Source: an uncultured Bacteroidales bacterium
Lineage (GTDB): Bacteria > Bacteroidota > Bacteroidia > Bacteroidales > CAIXZF01
Direction of reading: 5' to 3'
Assembly: GCA_964605655.1 (NCBI GenBank)
Contig: CAZSDK010000006.1
Span: 7,341 to 71,340 of the forward strand
Length of the DNA: 64,000 bases
Shown: positions 45,537 through 53,385 of the stretch, piece after piece
Layout: each line of letters starts with the position of its first letter
Position numbering within the stretch: position 1 is the first letter of the stretch
Position numbers and translations under genes: made by a program
The notes under the pieces: generated by a model
What the model was told of the DNA's origin: nothing
Seen by the model: only the letters and a program-made list of their open reading frames with translations
Databases searched by the model: none

Positions 45537-46958
45537 TCAAACCACAACCCCTCTCGTCACCCAGTCATAAGGTTCCGCCATGGTCTTCTCCACCTCTTCA
45601 ATGGTTTTGGGGATGGGTTTGCCGAGCAGGCGGTGGCCGGTCTCGGTGATGAGAACATCGTCTTCGATGCGTATCCCGCCGAAGCCGAGGTATTTCTCCA
45701 CCAGGTCGTAGTTGATGAAGGCAGTGTATTTGCCTTCTGAGCGAAACTGCCTCACCAGGGCCGGGATAAAATAGAGGCCCGGCTCCACGGTGATCACGAA
45801 CCCGGGTTTGAGTGCCTTGCCCAGCCTGAGGTAGGCCGTGCCGAATCCTTCCGCCCTGCTGATGGTCTCGTCGTAGCCCACAAAATCCTCCCCGAGGCCT
45901 TCCATGTCGTGGACATCCATGCCGAGCATGTGTCCCAGCCCGTGGGGGAAAAACAGCGTATGTGCTTCGGCGGCGACGGCCTCGTCCACATCCCCTTTCA
46001 TCAGGCCGATGTCTTTCAGCGCCTGAGTCATGGTGCGGGCGGCAAGGAAATGCATGTCGACATAGCGCACTCCCGGCTTCAGGTTTTTGATCACCGCCAT
46101 ATTGGCATCCAGCACGGCCTGGTAGATCTCTTTCTGCTGCTGACTGTAACGGCCACCTACCGGCATGGTACGGGTGAAGTCGCTGGCGTACAGCATCTCC
46201 GTCTCCGCTCCCGCGTCGATCACCATGAGACGGCCCTCCGTGAGGATGTTGCCATGGTAGTGATTATGAAGCGTCTGTCCATCCATGCTGATGATGTTGG
46301 GGAAGGACACCGGTCCGCCCAGGGCGATGGAGATCCCTTCCAGGGCTCCGGATATCTCTCGTTCCATGACGCCCGGCCTGCACATCTTCATCCCCGTGGT
46401 ATGCATGAGCCAGGCGATGTTGGCAGCTTTTTCCATCTCGGCGATCTCGAAGGCGTCTTTCACCTCCTTGAGCTTCACCACTGCTTTGATGAGTTCGACG
46501 GAGGCTTTTGACTTCAGTTCCGGGATGGGGAAGCCGAGCCATGCCGACATCTCAATTTTGGTCTCTGCCCGGTAAGGAGGCAAATAATGGACCTTTCTAC
46601 CGGCGGCCAGTGCCTTCTGAAGGAAGGCGGCCAGATCATCATAGGGGGCAGCGTTGGGGACACCAACTTCAGCGGCCAGGTCGGCTACCAGGGGCTGGTC
46701 TCCCATCCAGATGATGTCTTCCATCTCAAAGTCGTTGCTGAAGAGGTAGTCGCGGCCCTCGTCGATGTCGATGACCCCGGCGAAGCCCGGATGATAGAGA
46801 CCGAAGAAATAGGCAAAGTGGCTGTCCTGACGGTAGGTATAGCCGTTGGACGGATAGTTGTAGGGCACTTCCTGGTTGCCGGGGAAGAGCGCGATGCCGG
46901 AGGATATGGCCTGCCGCAGCTTGTTGCGGCGCTCGATATAAAGTTCTTTGGGAAACAT
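45537..46958 (-). CDS. pepP: Xaa-Pro aminopeptidase (M24B, aminopeptidase P family)
   Basis: Metal-ligand motifs DAGAE, HGLGHMLGMDVHD, VEPGLY and IRIEDD. N-terminal AMP_N-like domain. Confidence 0.85.
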   Translation of the reverse strand: MFPKELYIERRNKLRQAISSGIALFPGNQEVPYNYPSNGYTYRQDSHFAYFFGLYHPGFAGVIDIDEGRDYLFSNDFEMEDIIWMGDQPLVADLAAEVGVPNAAPYDDLAAFLQKALAAGRKVHYLPPYRAETKIEMSAWLGFPIPELKSKASVELIKAVVKLKEVKDAFEIAEMEKAANIAWLMHTTGMKMCRPGVMEREISGALEGISIALGGPVSFPNIISMDGQTLHNHYHGNILTEGRLMVIDAGAETEMLYASDFTRTMPVGGRYSQQQKEIYQAVLDANMAVIKNLKPGVRYVDMHFLAARTMTQALKDIGLMKGDVDEAVAAEAHTLFFPHGLGHMLGMDVHDMEGLGEDFVGYDETISRAEGFGTAYLRLGKALKPGFVITVEPGLYFIPALVRQFRSEGKYTAFINYDLVEKYLGFGGIRIEDDVLITETGHRLLGKPIPKTIEEVEKTMAEPYDWVTRGVVV

Positions 46959-46980
46959 GGGATAAATTTGTTTAGGACTT

Positions 46981-46988
46981 CAAAGGTA
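46981..46988 (-). promoter_or_regulatory. Candidate -7 box (TACCTTTG on the minus strand) for pepP
   Basis: Exact TAnnTTTG, 22 nt upstream of the ATG at 46958. Confidence 0.45.
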
Positions 46989-47001
46989 AGGGACAATCTT
47001 T

Positions 47002-47063
47002 AACAAGTAAAAAGAACAAGTAATAGTATTATTACTTCTTACTGTTACTTGATATTATTACTT
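47002..47063 (+). repeat. Composite AT-rich element, copy A: two 13-mers (aacaagtaaaaag, aacaagtaatagt) plus the 32-bp core ttacttcttactgttacttgatattattactt
   Basis: Core at 47032-47063, ending 7 nt before the ATG at 47071. It is identical to the core of copy B. Confidence 0.9.
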
Positions 47064-47070
47064 TAGCAAC

Positions 47071-47469
47071 ATGGCTCCGCAACCGCCCTCCTTCACCCCC
47101 GACCCTATTGAGGTTTTAATGCCCAACGAGGTCTTCGTCTTTGGAAGTAATCTTGCCGGACATCACGGGGCTGGAGCGGCGAGGGCAGCGCTCACACATT
47201 TTGGTGCGATATACGGACAAGGAGTGGGACTCCAGGGCCAGAGTTACGCGATACCCACCATGCAGGGCGGTATCGATACTATCATCCCGTACGTTGAGGA
47301 GTTTATTCAATTTGCCAAGGAGCATCCTGAAAAGACCTTTTTTGTGACGCGTATCGGCTGCGGAATTGCCGGGTTCACCGACGGGCAGATAGCCCCCTTG
47401 TTCAAGAATGCCCTGGCCTTACCCAATGTTCGTCTCCCGGAATCCTTCGTAAGAGTGCTAAAAAAGTAA
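47071..47469 (+). CDS. Small conserved protein (132 aa) of a family I recall as phage-associated (A1S_2505-like); function unknown
   Basis: VFVFGSNLAGHHGAGAARAAL..GAIYGQGVGLQGQSYAIPT motif. The family assignment is from memory only. Confidence 0.65.
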   Translation: MAPQPPSFTPDPIEVLMPNEVFVFGSNLAGHHGAGAARAALTHFGAIYGQGVGLQGQSYAIPTMQGGIDTIIPYVEEFIQFAKEHPEKTFFVTRIGCGIAGFTDGQIAPLFKNALALPNVRLPESFVRVLKK

Positions 47470-47668
47470 GTGTAACAAGGAATAGTATCAGGCCTAAATT
47501 TGTCTCTGATTTTCCATTCTGCTCCTTGATGGTGGAATAAAAACCACATTAGGAGCAAAATAAAGCAATAGAATTAACAAAAAAGTACGGTACTCTGCCA
47601 AAAGGATACTCATGCTCCTATTGGTTCTATTGTGGTGAAAAAAATCAAAATTTTCATCAAAGAATAGG

Positions 47669-47771
47669 AACAAGGAATAATAACAAGGAATAATAACAAG
47701 TGATAGTATCAAGGAATAGTATCAAGGAATAAGTCCTTTTTACTTCTTACTGTTACTTGATATTATTACTT
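47669..47771 (+). repeat. Composite AT-rich element, copy B: five tandem 13-mers (aacaaggaataat x2, aacaagtgatagt, atcaaggaatagt, atcaaggaataag) plus the same 32-bp core
   Basis: 13-mers at 47669-47733. Core at 47740-47771, 32/32 identical to copy A. It overlaps the stop codon (47766-47768) of the ABC gene on the opposite strand. Confidence 0.9.
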
Positions 47772-49526
47772 ATCTCTCCCCTGCATCAGAAGTTGGATGG
47801 CATCGGCGAAGGAGCCGGCGGCCTGTATCTTGCCATCGTTGACAAAGAAGATCTCGTCGGCGTTCTCTATGGTATTCAGGCGGTGGGCGATGATCACCCG
47901 GGTGGTGGTGGCTGGAAGGTTCCTGAGTATTTCTTCCAGCTGCTGCTCGGTCACGGTGTCGATGTTGGCCGTGGCCTCATCGAGGATGAGCAGGTCGGGC
48001 TTGCGTAAGATGGCCCTCATAAAGGCTATGATCTGCTTCTGTCCCAGGCTGATGCCGTCGCCAGACACCTGCACAGGGGTGTCGAGGCCCTGCTCAAAGC
48101 GTTGCAGCAGTCCGCCCAGCTTCAGGTCTTCTATCACCTTCTCCAGCCGGTCCATGCTCAGGCCGGAACATTCGGTGTTCCCGTAGATGATGTTGTCCCT
48201 CACAGTGCCTGAGAAAAGCAGGGGATCCTGAAGGATAAACCCTATCCCTGCCGCCCGTTCACAGGGGGTGTAGGAGCGTATGTCCCTGCCAAGGAAGAGG
48301 ATGCTGCCTTTGGTGGCATCATACAGCCTGGCGATGAGGGAAGCGGTGGTGGTCTTCCCCCCTCCTGTAGGCCCCACAAAAGCATAGGTCCTGCCTCTCT
48401 CCAGGGTAAAACTCACCTTATCCAGCACCTCCTTTCCCTGGGGATAGGTGAAGGATACGTCCCTGAACTCGAGGACAGAAGGGCTCCTGCCTTCACCCGG
48501 GTCGGGGACGAGCTGGAGGTCGTTCTCGAGGGAAAGTAGGTAGGAGATCCGGTCCCATGCCGCCAGGGCCAGCTGGAAGTTCGCCCAGAGGGCCGCGATA
48601 TGTCGCAGGGGGTTGTAAAAACTGGCGATATAGGAAAGGAAGCTGATGAGGAGTCCCAGGGTGAAATGCCCCCTGAGGATCAGCCAGATGCCGAAAGCAA
48701 GCACGATGAGCTGGCCGATGTTAGAGGCAAAGGTGTAGACCGGTGCCAGGATGGTGTTGGCGATGCCGGCCCTGACAGACTGCCGGTAGTTGTCGCGGTT
48801 GGCCTGCGCGAAACGTCTGCGAAAATAGTCTCTTCTGTCGAAGGCCACCACCACCCTGAAGTTGGCCAGGCTCTCCTGTATCTCGGCCGACAGGCCACCC
48901 AGGCTCTTCAGGCTGGCTTCGTTCTTCCTCCTGATCCATGGGGAGAGGCCACGGGTGATGACCCAGAGGAGGAGGGCCGGTGACAGCGCCGCCAGCCCCA
49001 GGGGCAGGTCGACGATCAACAGGATGATGCCTGCCCCGGTCATGGTGATCAGCCCGCCGATAAACTGCATCAGCGACTGTGAGAAAAACTGGTTTACCTT
49101 GTCGGTGTCGTTGTTGATGCGTGAGATGAGGTCTCCGGCCTTGTTCTGGTTGAAAAACTCGAGGGGCAGCTCCTGGAGCTTGTTGAACACGGTGTTCCGC
49201 AGCCGGTAGAGCATGCGCTGGCCGATGCCGCCCATCATTTGCATCTGGTAGTAGTTGACGACAAAGGCCGTGGCATACATGACGAGCAGTATCCCGGCAT
49301 ACAACAGCACGCCATGATAGTCTTTGGCTTGTACGTAGGTGTCGATGGTGTATCCGACCAGGTAGGGCCCGAGAAGGGTCAGCCCGGCGTTGAGGAGGAT
49401 GGCGGCAAAAGCGATGGTGATGTTTCTGCGCTCTTCGCTGATGATCACCAGCAACTTCCTGAGGGAAGCGATCACGGGAAGTCTCCCGGACCCTTTGTCC
49501 GACTGTCTGTTCAGATCATAGTTCAT
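47766..49526 (-). CDS. ABC exporter permease/ATPase subunit (consensus NBD, non-canonical signature motif); second gene of a heterodimeric pair
   Basis: 6-TM domain. Walker A GPTGGGKTT. Walker B LLILDEAT. H-loop IIAHR. The signature is ISLGQKQ instead of LSGGQ. Start moved to the ATG at 49526, an 11-nt overlap with the upstream gene. Confidence 0.85.
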   Translation of the reverse strand: MNYDLNRQSDKGSGRLPVIASLRKLLVIISEERRNITIAFAAILLNAGLTLLGPYLVGYTIDTYVQAKDYHGVLLYAGILLVMYATAFVVNYYQMQMMGGIGQRMLYRLRNTVFNKLQELPLEFFNQNKAGDLISRINNDTDKVNQFFSQSLMQFIGGLITMTGAGIILLIVDLPLGLAALSPALLLWVITRGLSPWIRRKNEASLKSLGGLSAEIQESLANFRVVVAFDRRDYFRRRFAQANRDNYRQSVRAGIANTILAPVYTFASNIGQLIVLAFGIWLILRGHFTLGLLISFLSYIASFYNPLRHIAALWANFQLALAAWDRISYLLSLENDLQLVPDPGEGRSPSVLEFRDVSFTYPQGKEVLDKVSFTLERGRTYAFVGPTGGGKTTTASLIARLYDATKGSILFLGRDIRSYTPCERAAGIGFILQDPLLFSGTVRDNIIYGNTECSGLSMDRLEKVIEDLKLGGLLQRFEQGLDTPVQVSGDGISLGQKQIIAFMRAILRKPDLLILDEATANIDTVTEQQLEEILRNLPATTTRVIIAHRLNTIENADEIFFVNDGKIQAAGSFADAIQLLMQGRDK

Positions 49527-51264
49527 AATGCCGGGTGCTTCTTTGTGAACGATAGATCTGGACATATTCCGGCGAGCTGCCGAGCAGCTCCTCATGGGTG
49601 CCCGCGGCCAGGATCTCTCCTTCCATGAGCAGGATGATCTGGTCAAAATGAACCACGGGGGCAATCTTCTGGGTGACGGAGATCAGGGTCAGCTCCGGGT
49701 AGTTTTTCTGGATGTTGCTGAGGATTCGGTCCTCGGTCTTCCTGTCGACCCTCGAGGTGAAGTCGTCGAGCAGCAGTATCCTGGGTTGTATCGCCAGGGC
49801 ACGGGCCAGCATGATCCGCTGTTTCTGTCCTCCCGAGAGGCTGCTGCCCCTTTCCGCCACTACGGTGTCCAGCTTCTCCGGCAGGGTCTCCACGAATTTC
49901 AGCAGCTCGGCCGTCTCAATGGCTTTCCATAGCGCGTCTTCCGTCACCCTGTCGCTGAAGGCGATGTTCTCTCTCAGGCTCATGTTGAAGATCACGCTGT
50001 CCTGGAACACAAAACCGATCTGCTGGTGGAAGACTTCCGCAGCATAGTCCTCTATGGGCACCCCGTCGATTTCCATGGTCCCCGAATCGGGAGGGATGAT
50101 ACGGGTGAGCAGGTAGAGCAGCTGGCTTTTTCCGGCTGCGGTTGGGCCGATGATGGCTGTCCTGCTTCCTGCTTTTATGGCAAGTGAAAGATCCTTCAGC
50201 ACGGGTTTCTTTCCATAGCTCAGTGACACGTCTTTGAGCACGATGTCGCCGCTGATGGCCGAACGCACCGTCCCGGTCTCTGCCGGCAGCGGCTCATCCA
50301 GAACGGTCTTGATCCTGCCGTAGGAGGCGGTGGCCGAGGCGATGATGTTGCTCATAAAGCCGATCATCATCACCGGGAAAATGAGCATCACCAGGTAGCT
50401 GTTAAAGGCGGCGAAGTCGCCGAGCGACAGGGAACCGGCTACCACCAGGTGTCCGCCCAGGGCGAGGATTACGACCACCGCCAGGTTGGAGACGAACATG
50501 ATGATGGGTATCAGGGTGGAAAACAGGCGGACGATGGACAGACCCAGGTCGCGGGATTCCATATTCTTCTCCATGAACTTCTGATTCTCAGGCTGCTGGG
50601 AATTCAGAACCCGGATGAGGGCAGCGCCGAGGATGCTTTCGTTGATGATACGGTTGAGTGCATCGATGACTTCCCGGCTCTTCCTGAAGATGACCCTCAC
50701 CTTGCGGAAGACGATGAAGAAGGCGGTGGCGATGATGGGCACGATGGCAAGGACGGCCAGCGCCAGCCGGACGTTGATGGTAATCAGCATGAAGGCCGCC
50801 CCGGCGATGACAAAGAGGGAGGAGATGATGGTGACAAAAGCCTGGGATACGAACATCTTCACCGAGTCCATGTCGGAGGTCAGGTTGGTGAGCAGTTTGG
50901 AAGGGTTGGAGCCGAGGATATAGGTGTAGCTTTGGTGTGACAGTTTTCCGGCCAGCTTGTTCCGCAGATCTTTGGCCACTTTCTCGGCGGTCAGGGTCTG
51001 CATGATGCCCTGAAGGAGGGTGACCACAAAGATGCCTGTTCCGGCCAGAAGGAACTCCAGGATCACCGTGGTGAGGTCGAAGCGGCCGGCAGAGAAGGCA
51101 TCGATGCTTCGGGAGATGATCTTGGGTATGAGCAGGTTGATGCTGCTGGCTCCCAGGGCCAGGATGACCAGAGCGGCGACGGTTCCCTTGTATGGGATGA
51201 GCACGCGGAACAACCCGGGTTTCGGTTTGGAAGGAGGGCCGGATTGTTTGGAGGAGGGAGGCAT
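49516..51264 (-). CDS. ABC exporter permease/ATPase subunit (degenerate NBD); first gene of the heterodimeric pair
   Basis: Walker A GPTAAGKSQ. Canonical signature LSGGQKQR. Walker B is ILLLDDFT (catalytic Glu replaced by Asp) and the H-loop His is replaced (LISVTQK). Confidence 0.85.
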   Translation of the reverse strand: MPPSSKQSGPPSKPKPGLFRVLIPYKGTVAALVILALGASSINLLIPKIISRSIDAFSAGRFDLTTVILEFLLAGTGIFVVTLLQGIMQTLTAEKVAKDLRNKLAGKLSHQSYTYILGSNPSKLLTNLTSDMDSVKMFVSQAFVTIISSLFVIAGAAFMLITINVRLALAVLAIVPIIATAFFIVFRKVRVIFRKSREVIDALNRIINESILGAALIRVLNSQQPENQKFMEKNMESRDLGLSIVRLFSTLIPIIMFVSNLAVVVILALGGHLVVAGSLSLGDFAAFNSYLVMLIFPVMMIGFMSNIIASATASYGRIKTVLDEPLPAETGTVRSAISGDIVLKDVSLSYGKKPVLKDLSLAIKAGSRTAIIGPTAAGKSQLLYLLTRIIPPDSGTMEIDGVPIEDYAAEVFHQQIGFVFQDSVIFNMSLRENIAFSDRVTEDALWKAIETAELLKFVETLPEKLDTVVAERGSSLSGGQKQRIMLARALAIQPRILLLDDFTSRVDRKTEDRILSNIQKNYPELTLISVTQKIAPVVHFDQIILLMEGEILAAGTHEELLGSSPEYVQIYRSQRSTRHYEL

Positions 51265-51283
51265 GAGGGAGGTGAGAAAATTG

Positions 51284-51346
51284 AAGTAATAGTATCAAGT
51301 AAAAGTATGAAGTACAAGTACTTAATTCCTTTTCACTTCACTTGTA
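51284..51346 (-). repeat. Composite AT-rich element, copy C (inverted): 32-bp core with 28/32 identity plus two degenerate 13-mers
   Basis: The core at 51284-51315 reads on the minus strand as gtacttcatacttttacttgatactattactt and ends 19 nt before the ATG at 51264. The 13-mers tacaagtgaagtg and aaaaggaattaag (51346-51321) overlap the rdgB 3' end. Confidence 0.85.
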
Positions 51347-51948
51347 CCTTCAGTTTTATACCCTTTCCCTTGTAAATGCTCCACCAGCAGCCTTATGGCT
51401 TGTCCGCGGTGGCTGAGGCGGTTCTTTTCTTCGAGGTCCATCTCGGCAAAAGTGTGTTCAGAGTTATCTGGTTGGAAAACAGGATCGTAGCCAAAACCAC
51501 CGGTTCCGCGGCGGCCGGTAAGGATCTTACCTTCCATATATCCTTCGAAATAATGGGTGACACCGCCGCTCAACAGGCAGATCACGGTGCGGAAGACGCC
51601 CTTGCGGTTGGTGATACCGTCCATCTCACGGAGCAGCTTGTCTATGTTATCGTCGAATGAACAGCCTTCCCCGGCATAGCGTGCGGAATAGACTCCGGGG
51701 CCACCGTTGAGTGCTTCCACCTCCAGCCCGGTATCGTCGGCGAAGCCGTCGATGGCATATTTTTCGTGCAGGTACATGACCTTTTGCAAGGCATTGCCCT
51801 GCAGGGTGTCGGCGGTCTCAGGGATGTCTTCCCTGCAGCCCAGGTCGGCCAGGCCTATCACTTCGACGGCAGCACCGGAAGTTGCCAGGGCAGTCTGTAT
51901 CTCTTTCAGTTTGTGAGGGTTGTTGGTGGCAAATACGAGTTTCACCAT
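51322..51948 (-). CDS. rdgB: Non-canonical purine NTP pyrophosphatase RdgB/HAM1
   Basis: LVFATNNPHKLKEI and FGYDPVF motifs. The last ~8 codons (GTSEVKRN) are encoded by repeat copy C. Confidence 0.9.
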   Translation of the reverse strand: MVKLVFATNNPHKLKEIQTALATSGAAVEVIGLADLGCREDIPETADTLQGNALQKVMYLHEKYAIDGFADDTGLEVEALNGGPGVYSARYAGEGCSFDDNIDKLLREMDGITNRKGVFRTVICLLSGGVTHYFEGYMEGKILTGRRGTGGFGYDPVFQPDNSEHTFAEMDLEEKNRLSHRGQAIRLLVEHLQGKGYKTEGTSEVKRN

Positions 51949-51999
51949 AAAACAGGAGGCTAAGAGGGTTGGTTTTCAGGATGGATCATTGGAAAGTCA

Positions 52000-53376
52000 T
52001 TACCAGCGGGTCAGGCAGTTCGGACAGAGGCCGAGGAAGAGGATCAGCATGCCGCAGAGGAGGAGGACGATGACGGTGGTAAGGGGCAAGTGCAGGGACC
52101 TGGGTTCTTCTTTAGAGGAATAGATAAAACGCAGGACAGAGAAATAGTAATAGATCCCAACCAGGGCCATGATGATGGCGAAGAGGGTGATCCACACAAA
52201 ATGCTGACCGATGGCCTGAAAGAAAGCCAGGTATTTGGCGAAGAACCCCGCCAGGGGCGGGATGCCGGCCAGGGACAGGAGGGAGAGGGTGAGCATGACG
52301 GCCAGGAAGGGATGACGCCGCCACAGCCCGGTGAATATCTCTATCTGTTCCGACCCGGCGGTCTGTCTTTTCACGGTAAAGAGGATGCTGAAGGCCATCA
52401 GGGTGGCGAGGCCGTAAGTGAAGGTGTAGTAGAGGAGGGTGGAAGAGGCCGCGGGGTCGGCCACCAGGATGATGAGCATGAGAAAGCCGCTGTTGGCGAT
52501 GCCTGAGTATGCCAGCAACCTCTTGAAGCTGGTCTGCCACAAGGCGGTGAGGTTGCCCACGGCCAAAGTAAGGAAGGTGATGATCCAGAGCATCCACATG
52601 AGGGAGTCGGGAAGGGGGATGAGGGCCTGGTCGAGGAGGCGCCAGAGGGCGGCGATGCCGGCGGTCTTCACCACCGTGGCCATGAAGGCGGTGATGAGGG
52701 TGGGTGAGCCTTCGTATACGTCGGGGCTCCAGAAATGAAAAGGTGCTGCGGCCACCTTGAAGGTCATCCCGATGAAGATCATGATGAGCCCGGAGATATA
52801 CAGGGGCGACCTCTGGCTGAGCTGCTGAAAGGCATACTCCCTGATGACATCCAGGTCGAAGGAGGCCGTGAGCCCATACACCAGCGCGATACCGAACAGG
52901 AGGAATGCGGAGGCAAAGGAACCGAGAACATAGTACTTGAAAGAAGCTTCGTTGGAACGGTAGCTGAACTTCTTGCTGCCCGATAGTATATATAATGGTA
53001 TGGAAAGTATCTCGATACCCAGGAATAACACCACCATGTTGTGAAAGGACACCATGAGCAGGGCGCCGGTGAGGGAGAACAACATGAGGGCAAAGTTCTC
53101 GGCCACATGATGCTCCATGGCGTCATAATATTCTATCCCCAGGAGGAAGATGAGGGCGGTGAGCAGGACCATGACGAGGCTGAAGGAGGAAGCAAAATGG
53201 TCGAACACGATCATATCCTTCAGTATTTCCGTCTGCTGTCCGGTTCCTGTCAGCAGGAAGAAGGCGGCCAGGGCCAGGGTAGTGATCCCCAGGGGAGCCA
53301 GCAGGGCCTTCTGTTTTCCCAGTCCCACGAAGAGGATCAGGATCCCTGAGGCAGCAAGTATGATGAGGGATATCAT
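52000..53376 (-). CDS. nuoN: NADH-quinone oxidoreductase subunit N
   Basis: Polytopic antiporter-like subunit. Last gene of the nuo series by position. Confidence 0.85.
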   Translation of the reverse strand: MISLIILAASGILILFVGLGKQKALLAPLGITTLALAAFFLLTGTGQQTEILKDMIVFDHFASSFSLVMVLLTALIFLLGIEYYDAMEHHVAENFALMLFSLTGALLMVSFHNMVVLFLGIEILSIPLYILSGSKKFSYRSNEASFKYYVLGSFASAFLLFGIALVYGLTASFDLDVIREYAFQQLSQRSPLYISGLIMIFIGMTFKVAAAPFHFWSPDVYEGSPTLITAFMATVVKTAGIAALWRLLDQALIPLPDSLMWMLWIITFLTLAVGNLTALWQTSFKRLLAYSGIANSGFLMLIILVADPAASSTLLYYTFTYGLATLMAFSILFTVKRQTAGSEQIEIFTGLWRRHPFLAVMLTLSLLSLAGIPPLAGFFAKYLAFFQAIGQHFVWITLFAIIMALVGIYYYFSVLRFIYSSKEEPRSLHLPLTTVIVLLLCGMLILFLGLCPNCLTRW

Positions 53377-53385
53377 GAGCGTGGG

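Noticed and set aside
45192-47771. Possible CRISPR array, given the direct repeats at 45.2-45.5 kb and the tandem 13-mers at 47.67-47.73 kb
   Set aside because: The 13-mers are contiguous with no spacers. The 45-kb block is a two-copy 181-bp duplication rather than a short repeat with unique spacers. No cas genes are in the window.
50588-51298. 236-aa minus-strand ORF in an alternative frame of the first ABC gene, plus many 60-130-aa ORFs nested in other genes
   Set aside because: It is Pro/Arg/His-rich with no motifs, and it overlaps a gene whose frame carries all the ABC motifs. I treat it as a shadow ORF.
47740-51315. Composite transposon or IS interpretation of the inverted 32-bp cores
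   Set aside because: No transposase, integrase or invertase gene lies between or beside the repeats, and no target-site duplication is evident. I kept it as an open hypothesis in the findings, not as an annotated mobile element.
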